Source: a virus. From it: a stretch of DNA of 64,000 nt. Of the stretch, positions 56,057 to 64,000 are shown piece after piece (positions within the stretch are counted from its first letter, which is position 1; each line of letters begins with the position of its first letter). The DNA is taken from the IMG/VR virus record IMGVR_UViG_3300025096_000006, positions 32,001 through 96,000 of that record; one strand, 5' to 3'. Both the position numbers and the translations under genes were made by a program. The notes under the pieces are model-generated. The model searched no databases, was not told where the DNA came from, and saw nothing but the letters and a program-made list of their open reading frames with translations.

Positions 56057-57168
56057 TATTCTCTACTCCTATATTCAAAAATATCACCATACATTTCTTT
56101 TACCTGCTCAATTACCGAATCTCTTTCTTTTATAATAACTCTGTATCCTGCGTCTGCTAAACTTTTAGCAAATAAAAGCTGTTGGGATTCAACAAGCATA
56201 GTAGATTGTGGCTTGTATGAGATATAATCAAATTCTACTGCATCGGCAACAGAATTGTTTAGTTTAAATAATTGTACCTGATATTCGAGATGTTGTTCAT
56301 TACTTTTATCTGAAGCCTTGCTTATGAGCGCATTTACACCAATATCATTTGCGTAAATAGCCAAAGCCCTGTTATCTCTTGGAAAACATGGTCCGCCATA
56401 TCCATAACCATAGCCTAAATATTTTGAACCAATTCTAGAATCAGAACCAATCGCAGACAGTACCTTGTGCGGATCTCCACCAACAAAAGAAACTATATCG
56501 CCAATCATATTTGCAAAAGAAATCTTTGTGGTTAAAAAACAATTTAAACTTATTTTTGCTATTTCTGCTTCTATTCTAGACATCCTGTGAATTTTTGGCT
56601 CGTTAGAGGTCATCTTTTCATACATCTGCTGCAAAATATCTCCACACGCAGTAGAGCCTTCACCAATGAGCACTAAATTTGGATTAGCTTGGTCTTTTAA
56701 TATTGTTCCTTGAGCTATAAATTCTGGGTTATAGCTGACTGTAAAGTTGTACTTATATTCTTCAAGAACTTGTTGTAGGTGATCACAATATCCCGGCATT
56801 GTTGTAGAGCAGATAACAAGATCTTTATTTTCCTCCATGCCAAGGTTATAACTAATCATAGTATTGATAACAAAATCAATTTGCGAATGATCGTATCTAC
56901 CATTTTGCAGCGATGGAGTTGCTACGACTATAAATAATATATCAGAAAACTCAACTGCTTTACGCAAATCAGTAGTTGCTCTAAAATTTTTAGATTGCTG
57001 TAAGTAATTTTCTACGTTTTCTTCGTCGCTCTTAAAAGTTTTATTGTTAATTTGTTCAACGTAATCTGGAAACAGATCTACTCCTAGTACATCATAGCCG
57101 GCCCTTTCTAAAGTTAATGCAAAACAAAGTCCAAGTTTTCCAATGCCAATAACAGATACTTTTTTCAT
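56056..57168 (-). CDS. UDP-glucose/GDP-mannose 6-dehydrogenase family protein
   Basis: IGIGKLG, VATP, YNPEF, KISFAN, catalytic GYGGPCFPRD; C-terminal domain looks shortened. Confidence 0.88.
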   Translation of the reverse strand: MKKVSVIGIGKLGLCFALTLERAGYDVLGVDLFPDYVEQINNKTFKSDEENVENYLQQSKNFRATTDLRKAVEFSDILFIVVATPSLQNGRYDHSQIDFVINTMISYNLGMEENKDLVICSTTMPGYCDHLQQVLEEYKYNFTVSYNPEFIAQGTILKDQANPNLVLIGEGSTACGDILQQMYEKMTSNEPKIHRMSRIEAEIAKISLNCFLTTKISFANMIGDIVSFVGGDPHKVLSAIGSDSRIGSKYLGYGYGYGGPCFPRDNRALAIYANDIGVNALISKASDKSNEQHLEYQVQLFKLNNSVADAVEFDYISYKPQSTMLVESQQLLFAKSLADAGYRVIIKERDSVIEQVKEMYGDIFEYRSRE

Positions 57169-57202
57169 TTTTTACTCCCTAATATAATATTTCTAAACTC
57201 TT

Positions 57203-58078
57203 TCATACTATCTTCCAGTCATTTGGATAAAATCCATATTTAACTCTTCCATCATCAGGTACTGTATAATTTTTAGGAGCGATGACAATCTTATTTGGAT
57301 TTTCATTAAGAAACGCAGCCCACCATCCAAAAGAAGTCATATGTGTTGTAAGGTTGTGATCGCAATTTTTCATTATAGCAAAGTCTTGTATATCTGAATT
57401 TCCTTCGCAAAATACAAATCTATCGCCATCTAAATTATTTTTACACCAATCAATATCTGATTGATTATGGCTCATTCCTTTTCTAGTTCCGCCAGAAAAA
57501 ACCAAAAATTTATATTTTTTATCATTAAAATTCTCCATGGCTTTAAAAAAATACTGACCAAAGATGCTGTCTCTAGACAATGTATCTTCTCTACCATAGT
57601 AATTGCTATATTCAGATGATGTTCCATCGGTATTATCGCCTCTTCTAAAATGTAAGCTTACTATTTCTTCATTTCCTGATTTAATATCGCTAATATATTT
57701 TTCTGCATATTCTTTTAAAGAATCATTAAGTCTAAAATCAGCACGTATTTCTTTCTCGTATTTAGAAAAATATTGATAATTCTGAAAAAAGCCGTACAAA
57801 TCAGTATTATCTGATACTTCAAATACATTCTTGTGAAAAAGCGTATGGTCAGATTCAATATATCTGTTTGCTATTTTATAGTAATCTTTATGATCTAAAA
57901 AATCACACTCAATACTAAATTTATTTAACAAACATTGTTGGTTGTGCCAGACAACCCCATCAAAATTTGGTATTTTTAGCTCATATCCCGTTTCAAGAGA
58001 TACCGCGCGAACAACTGCATATTGAAACAATTGATTTCCCAATCTTCCTAGTTTTCCCAGCTGGGTGAACGTAATCAT
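57203..58078 (-). CDS. GT11 alpha-1,2-fucosyltransferase-like glycosyltransferase
   Basis: GRLGNQLFQYA, GFFQ, HFRRGD, SFGWWAAFL. Confidence 0.9.
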   Translation of the reverse strand: MITFTQLGKLGRLGNQLFQYAVVRAVSLETGYELKIPNFDGVVWHNQQCLLNKFSIECDFLDHKDYYKIANRYIESDHTLFHKNVFEVSDNTDLYGFFQNYQYFSKYEKEIRADFRLNDSLKEYAEKYISDIKSGNEEIVSLHFRRGDNTDGTSSEYSNYYGREDTLSRDSIFGQYFFKAMENFNDKKYKFLVFSGGTRKGMSHNQSDIDWCKNNLDGDRFVFCEGNSDIQDFAIMKNCDHNLTTHMTSFGWWAAFLNENPNKIVIAPKNYTVPDDGRVKYGFYPNDWKIV

Positions 58079-58689
58079 TTTGCCATCTCCACATCTTTAA
58101 ACAAATCAAATTCTCTCAAATCTCTATAAAACGGCTCTTCTGGAATATCTTCCATATAATCTGGATAATTCTGCATAAGCATTAATCCTCTGGCTGCTTG
58201 CTCAGGGCTCATATATGCATTCCAGCCATTAATGCTAATATTATCTTCGTGATACATTACTTCGCCGCGGCCTTCATAGCGACCTTTTCTAAACCACTTA
58301 GCAGCCTCTTCATTGTCAGTTAAAATCATACCCCCCTTACCTATCTTCAAATGTTTTTTGATGTGGAAGGAAAGGCACATAAAGCTTCCTGGGATATACA
58401 TATTGCTTGTTAGGCGCTTGGCTGCGTCATAAATCGGATAAGGCTCAAGTTGATAGACGCCTTTCCATCTATAATCGCGAAACTTAAGTGTTCCGCCGGC
58501 ATGCAAAATTGATTGTGGAACCGACAAGTATGTGCGTGCTGGAATTATAACTTCATCAACATTTAGATATTGACAACACAACAATAATGCATCTGTGCAA
58601 TTATCAGTCGACACAGCATACTTTGAGCCGCAATAATCGGCTACAGTCTCTTCGAACATTTTTACGATTTTATATGGGTTATGTCTCAT
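58075..58689 (-). CDS. Compact DegT/DnrJ/EryC1/StrS PLP-dependent sugar aminotransferase
   Basis: FEETVADY.G.KYAV...CTDAL, YDAA, SFHIKKHL (PLP Lys), GGMILT; only 204 aa. Confidence 0.8.
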   Translation of the reverse strand: MRHNPYKIVKMFEETVADYCGSKYAVSTDNCTDALLLCCQYLNVDEVIIPARTYLSVPQSILHAGGTLKFRDYRWKGVYQLEPYPIYDAAKRLTSNMYIPGSFMCLSFHIKKHLKIGKGGMILTDNEEAAKWFRKGRYEGRGEVMYHEDNISINGWNAYMSPEQAARGLMLMQNYPDYMEDIPEEPFYRDLREFDLFKDVEMAK

Positions 58690-59638
58690 TAATATTCTCT
58701 TTAAAATAATCCATTGTAAAAGGATTCATAATTCTTTCAAAATTATCATAATAATATGCGTATGTAAGCATTTCGGGCTCTGCGGGAAGCTCCTGCATAT
58801 GAATTACCTCATTATGTTCAAAAGCTATTATTCTTTTTTTTGAAATTATTGTAACGCATGCGTTGGGAATTGAAAATACAGCATTTATTGGGGACCGACC
58901 GGTCATTGCTCTAAGATATGGCAGCAATTTCCATGCATCTCCATTGTATCCAATCATATCTGTTTCAGGTAATCTGGAATCATGATGATTCCATGAGATT
59001 TCATGCCAGTGGAGGCGTTTTTTTTCAGCTGGCGATATCACTGTATTTAAGATTTTTTTGTACTCTTCTTCTAAAACTAATTGTGACGGCTCCCAACGTG
59101 GACAAGTATCATGTAAAATTATAAACCCATCATCATTTAAAATTTTCAAACTTTCAATAACCTCATTCCATATAAACTCAGATAAATGCATGCCATCAAT
59201 AAAAATAATATCATATTTTTGGTTAAAAAATCTTTTATTCATTACAAAAAATAATTGCGATGTCATTTTATGTGTAATATTTTTACAAGCGCCATATGGG
59301 TCAACGCCATGTTTTAAACTAACATTTTCAACATTATTAAATGTATTTCCTTGATCCACTCCAATTTCCAAATAATGTATATTTTTTTTACCACTGGTTA
59401 AAATATTTATAACATCGACTGGTTCGTAATCATAATGACATCCATGAGAAATAAAAGCCGGACCAGTTAATAAAGCTTCATCTAGGTGAGCTGGTATGGG
59501 AATCTCAGGGTCTGGAGTTCCCTGGTTTTTACTAAAAACAAACCCCGGAAGGTGTGGCGGTAAATTAGGATTTTTAAATGGCGTTGGGTAAAACGCATAT
59601 TTAAGTTTAAATTCTAAGTTTGGTTCATTTTCATTCAT
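58679..59638 (-). CDS. Class I SAM-dependent methyltransferase
   Basis: YLEIGVDQG, GVDP, YDIIFIDGMH, GFIILHD. Confidence 0.82.
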   Translation of the reverse strand: MNENEPNLEFKLKYAFYPTPFKNPNLPPHLPGFVFSKNQGTPDPEIPIPAHLDEALLTGPAFISHGCHYDYEPVDVINILTSGKKNIHYLEIGVDQGNTFNNVENVSLKHGVDPYGACKNITHKMTSQLFFVMNKRFFNQKYDIIFIDGMHLSEFIWNEVIESLKILNDDGFIILHDTCPRWEPSQLVLEEEYKKILNTVISPAEKKRLHWHEISWNHHDSRLPETDMIGYNGDAWKLLPYLRAMTGRSPINAVFSIPNACVTIISKKRIIAFEHNEVIHMQELPAEPEMLTYAYYYDNFERIMNPFTMDYFKENINET

Positions 59639-60385
59639 TTAATAAATTTTCTCCAGATCTGAATGTATGCCGGTACTTGGATCAAAATGCTTAATTGTAT
59701 TTTCAGATACAAGCTTATAACTTTTATTAACACAAACCATACTGGATTCGCTTAATGGATATCGCCATACGTGCATATATTGACCAATATGTTTTTGTAA
59801 ATTTTTTATTGCGTTTGAATCGCTAGGATGATTATGAATTTCCATCGCAATTATTCCAATATTAGACAAATCTTTTCCATTCATAAATGAATATTCCGAG
59901 CCTTCTATATCCATCTTCATATAATCAATATAATCATAGTCAATAAGTTTAAAAATATCTTCTAATGAGATGGTTAAACAATTATCATATTCTAAAAGAT
60001 TCATATCATTTGTTTCAAGCAAAGAGTTGTCTCCGGGATGCCCACTTTTTGATTTATAAATTTTTGTTATTTGCCCAGTTTTATCTGAGGCTGCTAACCT
60101 ATTAATGATTACATTTTCAAGCCCAAGCGCGCTTATTTTATGACTAGCAATTGAAGATAAAAAGGGTACCGGCTCAAAAGCATGCACATGTTTAAAAGAT
60201 TTGGCTACTTTTATAGAAAACAATCCTATATTTGCACCAAGATCTACGGCTACATTTCTTTTAAAGTCAGGAATCAAGTTTTCTATATTGTCAATAGGAT
60301 ATGAATCATTAACCTCTATAGAAAGTTTGTCTATCCATTTTTTAATAGATTCTTGAGTGTTATATAGATCTTTATAAGATATCAC
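59639..60385 (-). CDS. FkbM-family methyltransferase
   Basis: VDLGANIG, HAFEP, MKMDIEGSE. Confidence 0.88.
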   Translation of the reverse strand: MISYKDLYNTQESIKKWIDKLSIEVNDSYPIDNIENLIPDFKRNVAVDLGANIGLFSIKVAKSFKHVHAFEPVPFLSSIASHKISALGLENVIINRLAASDKTGQITKIYKSKSGHPGDNSLLETNDMNLLEYDNCLTISLEDIFKLIDYDYIDYMKMDIEGSEYSFMNGKDLSNIGIIAMEIHNHPSDSNAIKNLQKHIGQYMHVWRYPLSESSMVCVNKSYKLVSENTIKHFDPSTGIHSDLEKIY

Positions 60386-61730
60386 TTTGGATAACCTTTT
60401 TTATGTTTAAATCGTAATCTTGAATAAGTTCACTGATAACAGTGTCCCACTTCTTAGTAATTCTATCAAAGTTGTGGTGTTTTTCAACACCAGCAGGGCA
60501 TTTTTTTGAAATTTCTTCAAGATTGGAACTTCTTAATAGTTCTAAGGCGCGGTCTGCCATCTCTACAGTATTGATTCCATTTATAATGTATCCATTTTCT
60601 CCATTAGTAATAATATCTAATGCTACCGATCTATCAAATGCAACTACTGGACACTCATTGCGCATGCTTTCAGATACCATCATTGGACCAGCATCGGATA
60701 TTGTTGTACATAAAGCAATATCAGACATTTTGTAAATCTGGGCCATACCCTGACGACTTTGTACATAGTCTGTTCTTATTGTATTAAAGCGCTGGGTGTT
60801 CTGTAGTGGGATTGGTGGACGAGGGCCTACATTTAAAACAGCTATATTCTTTTTTTCTTCTGTGGTGCACCGGTGCCAGATATGATTTAACGCTTCATTG
60901 GCAAGATACAATCCCTTTCTAAGGTTATGGGGTTGCGTGGTTCCCCATAAAATTATTTTTAAATCAGTAGGGAACCCGTACTGCTCTCTTAATTCTTGTT
61001 TTGAAGAAGAACAATATGGAATATCGTTTGGAATTGGAAGTAATTTTGTTTTTTTATCTTTAAATAATGAACTATTTTTTACAATAGATAAACTAAAATT
61101 AGAAACTCCAGCAACTATTATTGGCAAGTCAGACAAATACTTTTTCTTTGCTTCAAAAATTTGTCTTGATTTATCATTTTCAATGTTGCTATTTAACTGT
61201 GGGCAATTACCGCAATTTTTAATATATCCATCGCATGCAATATTTCTAGGATCTAAATACATTTCTTTTGGTAACTTAATGCTTCCATCTAAAAACCAAG
61301 AATTTCCACTATATGTACCGTCTGGATGACGCGGATCATATTTAACCTTAACCAAGTCTGGAGCAGCTGGGTAAGCACACCCGCCAGATAGAAAATCATG
61401 AGTCATTAATACTCTAATAATGTTGCATTTGTGTTTGTTATAAATTGCTTTTATTTGTTCTGGAGTGTAGTCTTCTCCATACATAATTAATACTTTATGA
61501 TTTGGCAACTCGTTAGCAATCTGTTCTGGACTTTTATTTCTTATATCAAGTATAAAAGTCTTATCATCTTTAAATGATTTACCCTGATGAATAACCATGT
61601 GCGAATCATGATTTAGATTTCTCAAAGCATTAAAAACAATATAATTTCCACTTTCATGCGTGCGATCGTATGCATCGTAACCTGCAACATGCAGCACATC
61701 TGTTTTTTCTGGTATATTATTAATTGTCAT
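60372..61730 (-). CDS. GT4 glycosyltransferase (WcaC-like)
   Basis: THDFLSGGC.Y...C..CPQL, RKG, ESM..ECPVVAFD, I..GENGY. Confidence 0.8.
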   Translation of the reverse strand: MTINNIPEKTDVLHVAGYDAYDRTHESGNYIVFNALRNLNHDSHMVIHQGKSFKDDKTFILDIRNKSPEQIANELPNHKVLIMYGEDYTPEQIKAIYNKHKCNIIRVLMTHDFLSGGCAYPAAPDLVKVKYDPRHPDGTYSGNSWFLDGSIKLPKEMYLDPRNIACDGYIKNCGNCPQLNSNIENDKSRQIFEAKKKYLSDLPIIVAGVSNFSLSIVKNSSLFKDKKTKLLPIPNDIPYCSSSKQELREQYGFPTDLKIILWGTTQPHNLRKGLYLANEALNHIWHRCTTEEKKNIAVLNVGPRPPIPLQNTQRFNTIRTDYVQSRQGMAQIYKMSDIALCTTISDAGPMMVSESMRNECPVVAFDRSVALDIITNGENGYIINGINTVEMADRALELLRSSNLEEISKKCPAGVEKHHNFDRITKKWDTVISELIQDYDLNIKKVIQSDIL

Positions 61731-62608
61731 CAGGCAAATCTTGTTCTGAATTTTCTAAGCGGCAACAGTTCTTCTTTAGTTTCATTATCAAGTAAAGAAG
61801 TGACTTTTATCAATCCAGTTCCGCAAATTACAATAGGAAAAATTCCTTCTTTATATAAAACTTTTCCGGGAGTTCTATTTTCAATTTTTTGATCTTTTAC
61901 AATTTCAACTTCTGGCAGTCTTGCAAGCCGATTATTTACTAATGAACTTGCATTATTATAAGGAAATCCTAAAGAATCTACAAATCTTTTTATATAACTT
62001 GAGCTTTTGGACCAATCAATTCTGTAATCTTCGCCATCTCTCCAAACACTATAAGTGGCATCCTCATCATTTTGAGGGATGCCTTTTATAGGTTTATTGT
62101 TTTGAATATTGTTTACAATATTACTTACTAATTGTACATAACATTGTGCTATTTTGTCAATAGCTTTTTGTAATTTTATTGGATATTTTATCTCGATGGG
62201 CTTTTGATCAATAATATCTCCGCAATCAAATTTTTCAGAAGCAAATAAAGCAGTAACTCCTATAATTTTTTCTTCATTAAGTAAACAAGAGACCAAGGGA
62301 TTAAAGCCTCTATATTTTGGCAACAGCGAATCATGAAAAATTATAACCTTCACGTCTTCTAAGAACAGTAGCCATCTCCAAGCAATAGCAAAAGCATATT
62401 TCGTCTGTATAGAGTACTCTTGTTTTCTGTTAAAAAACGGTATTTCATTGTCAATACATAGTTGTTTTATCTCGTCATAATAGTCTTCTTGAATACTTTT
62501 GTCTTCTGCAGATACAACTGTTCCAATTAGATTCTTATGTTTTTGAATCATAAATTTTAATACTTCGCAGCCCTTTTGTCCCATGATAAGAAAAGAAATT
62601 TTATTCAT
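61730..62608 (-). CDS. Sugar N-formyltransferase (Fmt-like fold)
   Basis: FHDSLLPKYRGFNP, GVTA, FDCGDII, IDWS; sits in the sugar cluster. Confidence 0.85.
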   Translation of the reverse strand: MNKISFLIMGQKGCEVLKFMIQKHKNLIGTVVSAEDKSIQEDYYDEIKQLCIDNEIPFFNRKQEYSIQTKYAFAIAWRWLLFLEDVKVIIFHDSLLPKYRGFNPLVSCLLNEEKIIGVTALFASEKFDCGDIIDQKPIEIKYPIKLQKAIDKIAQCYVQLVSNIVNNIQNNKPIKGIPQNDEDATYSVWRDGEDYRIDWSKSSSYIKRFVDSLGFPYNNASSLVNNRLARLPEVEIVKDQKIENRTPGKVLYKEGIFPIVICGTGLIKVTSLLDNETKEELLPLRKFRTRFA

Positions 62609-62999
62609 ACTGTTTCTCTAGCAAATAAAACTTTTTCTTAAATCCACATTTTTCAAATAGTTTTAGGCTAGCCTCGTTATCTATCTTAACTTTGGCGTGT
62701 GCAAAAGGATTTATCTTAGTTATTTCAGTAATCATAAAAGCTCCAACACCTTTACCTTGGAAATCGGGATGTGTGGCCACACGAATATCGTTATCTATAA
62801 CTCCTACATAACCGACAGGTGTTTCATCTATAAGACAAACCCAATAATCATTATTATGCTTAAGCATGTATCTTGCTTGTTCTATTGGATCTATTTCTTG
62901 TTGATTTACAAATCCTTGACGAACTCCATCCATATTTCTTAATTTTCTAATAAATTCCCAGTATTGAGGATCATTTTTTACGAGAGTTGGCTTTACCAT
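62601..62999 (-). CDS. GNAT-family N-acetyltransferase
   Basis: HPDFQGKGVG acetyl-CoA motif; NEASLKLFEKCGF. Confidence 0.88.
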   Translation of the reverse strand: MVKPTLVKNDPQYWEFIRKLRNMDGVRQGFVNQQEIDPIEQARYMLKHNNDYWVCLIDETPVGYVGVIDNDIRVATHPDFQGKGVGAFMITEITKINPFAHAKVKIDNEASLKLFEKCGFKKKFYLLEKQYE

Positions 63000-63787
63000 T
63001 CGTCCACCTGAGAACCAAAATGATTACCACTGTTAAGCCAATAATGTGTAAGATAGCCTCTGGTATATTTCCATCCTTCTAGATTAAGGAGAGGATTAAG
63101 GCAGCTGCCAATATCCATATAAGTATTGCTTGGTGCCTCTTTATAATTTTCATAAATTACAAAGTTACTTAATGACGCTGCAGAACACAAAATCAAATGA
63201 TCATTAACGTTATTTTTTGCAATATATTCTTTTACTTCTTCAACAATGTGATAATCATTCACCATGCAATCAGAGCCTATTTCAAAGGCTTTTTTTACTT
63301 TAAACGGAAGGCGAGATATATCGGCTAATTTATTAACAACATATATTATTTCTCTATCAACGAACAGAGGAACCATTTCTTCTATGAATCTACGATAATT
63401 TGCATTAATTAAAAGATTTGAAAAAGTAAGATTTTCCTCTTCTTCTCCCAACAAGTTAATCTGCCAATCAAAGTTCTGTCTTCCTAAGTGTGGATCTGTT
63501 CCAGTACAAATACCTTTAAAATAATTGTGTTGCTTGTGTTTAAAGCACTCTATTACTTTCTGTCTGTAAAATTGATGCTTTTCGGGTATGAATTGCTTCT
63601 GCTCTTCTTCAGTATAAATATTAGGACCTTTTATATCGCCCGTTACATAGTGATTATCTGCAAGTATAATAGTTTTATTCTGCATGATGAAAAGTTCACC
63701 ATCAGAAAATCGAGAAAATGCAAAATTTTCTTTTCTTTTTAGCATTGCTAATATTTTATCAAATTCTTCTTTGAAATTTTTAGACAT
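62993..63787 (-). CDS. GT-D fold (DUF1792-like) glycosyltransferase
   Basis: FSRFSDGE near the N-terminus and MDIGS near the C-terminus. Confidence 0.65.
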   Translation of the reverse strand: MSKNFKEEFDKILAMLKRKENFAFSRFSDGELFIMQNKTIILADNHYVTGDIKGPNIYTEEEQKQFIPEKHQFYRQKVIECFKHKQHNYFKGICTGTDPHLGRQNFDWQINLLGEEEENLTFSNLLINANYRRFIEEMVPLFVDREIIYVVNKLADISRLPFKVKKAFEIGSDCMVNDYHIVEEVKEYIAKNNVNDHLILCSAASLSNFVIYENYKEAPSNTYMDIGSCLNPLLNLEGWKYTRGYLTHYWLNSGNHFGSQVDEW

Positions 63788-63999
63788 TATTCACTCCATT
63801 TTGGATAAGGGCTATCATTTGCTATTTTAAACGCTTTTATAAATTTATCAGGCCAATGTTCTTTTACAATGCCATCAATAGGAGTACGAGGAGGAAGATA
63901 GACGCATAGATCATTTGCCAAACAATATCTTAAAATTTCAATCGTCTTATAAGAATCTGTATGCTTAGAGATTCTAATATCCCATTTGGTATTTTCTTT
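63787..63999 (-). CDS. 3' end of a partial gene (start lies beyond the window)
   Basis: Open frame KENTKWDIRISK...PYPKWSE* ending in a TAATG overlap with the next gene. Confidence 0.65.
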   Translation of the reverse strand, partial: KENTKWDIRISKHTDSYKTIEILRYCLANDLCVYLPPRTPIDGIVKEHWPDKFIKAFKIANDSPYPKWSE

Positions 64000-64000
64000 A

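Noticed and set aside
2383-63742. All short plus-strand ORFs and nested minus-strand alternative-frame ORFs (e.g. 23554..23988)
   Set aside because: They overlap long, motif-bearing or tightly packed minus-strand genes and show no recognisable motifs; the minus strand is already almost fully tiled.
1-64000. Stop-codon reassignment as in some jumbo phages
   Set aside because: Genes up to 9.6 kb are open in the standard code, and TAA, TGA (1677, 7518) and TAG (15543, 53829) each end genes right where the next begins.
1-64000. Bacterial chromosome or eukaryotic giant virus origin (suggested by FtsZ-like, SbcCD-like and sugar genes)
   Set aside because: T4-type portal, terminase, gp6/gp25 baseplate and gp55-like sigma, together with Shine-Dalgarno sites and overlapping stop/start codons, indicate a tailed bacteriophage.
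1-64000. tRNA, ncRNA genes or strong intrinsic terminators
   Set aside because: Intergenic gaps are almost all under 70 bp and I saw no cloverleaf or convincing hairpin plus U-tract. tRNAscan-SE or Infernal would be needed to exclude them formally.

Overview
This window is a gene-dense segment of a large (jumbo-type) T4-like myovirus genome. Every credible gene is on the minus strand and uses the standard genetic code. In transcription order (right to left) it holds: (1) a ~10 kb nucleotide-sugar and glycosylation cluster; (2) a gp55-like late sigma factor; (3) a ~37 kb baseplate/tail module (M23-peptidase hub, spike-like protein, 2163-aa and 3212-aa giants, gp25- and gp6-like wedge proteins); (4) a RuvC-like resolvase, a primase, a fused Mre11-Rad50 (SbcD-SbcC) and a tubulin/FtsZ GTPase; (5) a holin/spanin-like trio; (6) the large terminase and a portal gene that runs off the window edge and is missing from the ORF track. 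The best candidate for an undescribed system is a family of at least 7 otherwise unrelated small genes sharing an N-terminal tag, M-K-I-T-K-x-Q-L-K-Q-I-I-K-E-E, followed by L-x-E sites. It resembles a capsid-targeting, protease-cleaved cargo cassette system. An exact 27-bp orphan copy of the tubulin gene's 3' end lies between two of these cassettes, suggesting they get shuffled. A second candidate is strong enrichment of [S/T]-[G/A/S]-S tripeptides in a subset of virion proteins next to the glycosylation cluster, a possible virion O-glycosylation sequon. All calls come from reading motifs by eye; no database searches or counts were run.
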